Both the position numbers and the translations under genes were made by a program. The notes under the pieces are model-generated. The model saw only the letters and a list, made by a program, of their open reading frames with translations, was not told the origin of the DNA and did not search any database. Positions 43,960 to 44,184 of a stretch of DNA of 44,184 nt are shown in pieces. The stretch spans positions 1 through 44,184 of the IMG/VR virus record IMGVR_UViG_3300033076_000718. One strand, 5' to 3'. Positions within the stretch are counted from its first letter, which is position 1; every line of letters begins with the position of its first letter. The stretch is from a virus. Its lineage: Duplodnaviria; Caudoviricetes.

Positions 43960-44184
43960 TGTTATACAATCACGAATATAAAAAACCTCCTAATAGTGTA
44001 CTTAATAAAGTATGCTCTTTATTAGGCATTTCTAAAGGAGAGTTTAACGACGTTCTAGACGTTTGTACAGGTAAAGATAATAGAAATTATCCTATTAGTT
44101 CGTTTGAACGTAGCTTTTTAGAATTAAATCTTCGAAATATAAAAGCTAATTCTGCTTTAGAGACAAGCATTAAGTACTTTCTAA
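43959..44184 (+). CDS. Partial hypothetical protein (runs off the right edge)
   Basis: TAATG overlap with the ATPase stop; frame open to the edge (MLYNHEYKKPP...). Confidence 0.55.
   Translation, partial: MLYNHEYKKPPNSVLNKVCSLLGISKGEFNDVLDVCTGKDNRNYPISSFERSFLELNLRNIKANSALETSIKYFL

Noticed and set aside
1-44184. Stop-codon reassignment (TAG/TGA), common in crAss-like phages
   Set aside because: Terminase, portal, MCP and tail genes are full length in the standard code. TAG and TGA end several coupled genes, and no suppressor tRNA was seen.

Overview
This is an AT-rich, tightly packed fragment of a tailed dsDNA phage genome with a Crassvirales (crAss-like) gene layout. The host is most likely Bacteroidota, judged from a -33/-7 type promoter, signal peptides ending before Gln, and a T9SS type-B sorting domain. 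The minus-strand arm (1-29146) carries tail/fibre genes, head-tail and capsid-module genes, major capsid, a scaffold-like protein, portal and an intein-containing terminase. It continues with GroEL, a HAD phosphatase, a Tad2/DUF2829 anti-defence protein, dCTP deaminase, GroES and an HU/IHF-like gene. A divergent switch region (29147-29677) holds a promoter and short repeats. The plus-strand arm starts with a dense structured-RNA/tRNA cluster. It then carries a cell-envelope-directed locus (three peptidoglycan hydrolases, a lipoprotein, a T9SS cargo and a beta-barrel-like protein), an HNH-like protein and AAA+ ATPases. The most unusual signals are: (1) an Ala-identity tRNA with no anticodon arm; (2) a T9SS type-B cargo with an adjacent candidate beta-barrel partner; (3) a class-3 (WCT) intein starting with Asp; (4) a candidate -1 frameshift upstream of tad2; (5) a 15-nt motif repeated on two unrelated stems; (6) a compact H-type pseudoknot between the capsid gene and the next gene. 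All calls come from reading motifs by eye; no searches or folding programs were run.
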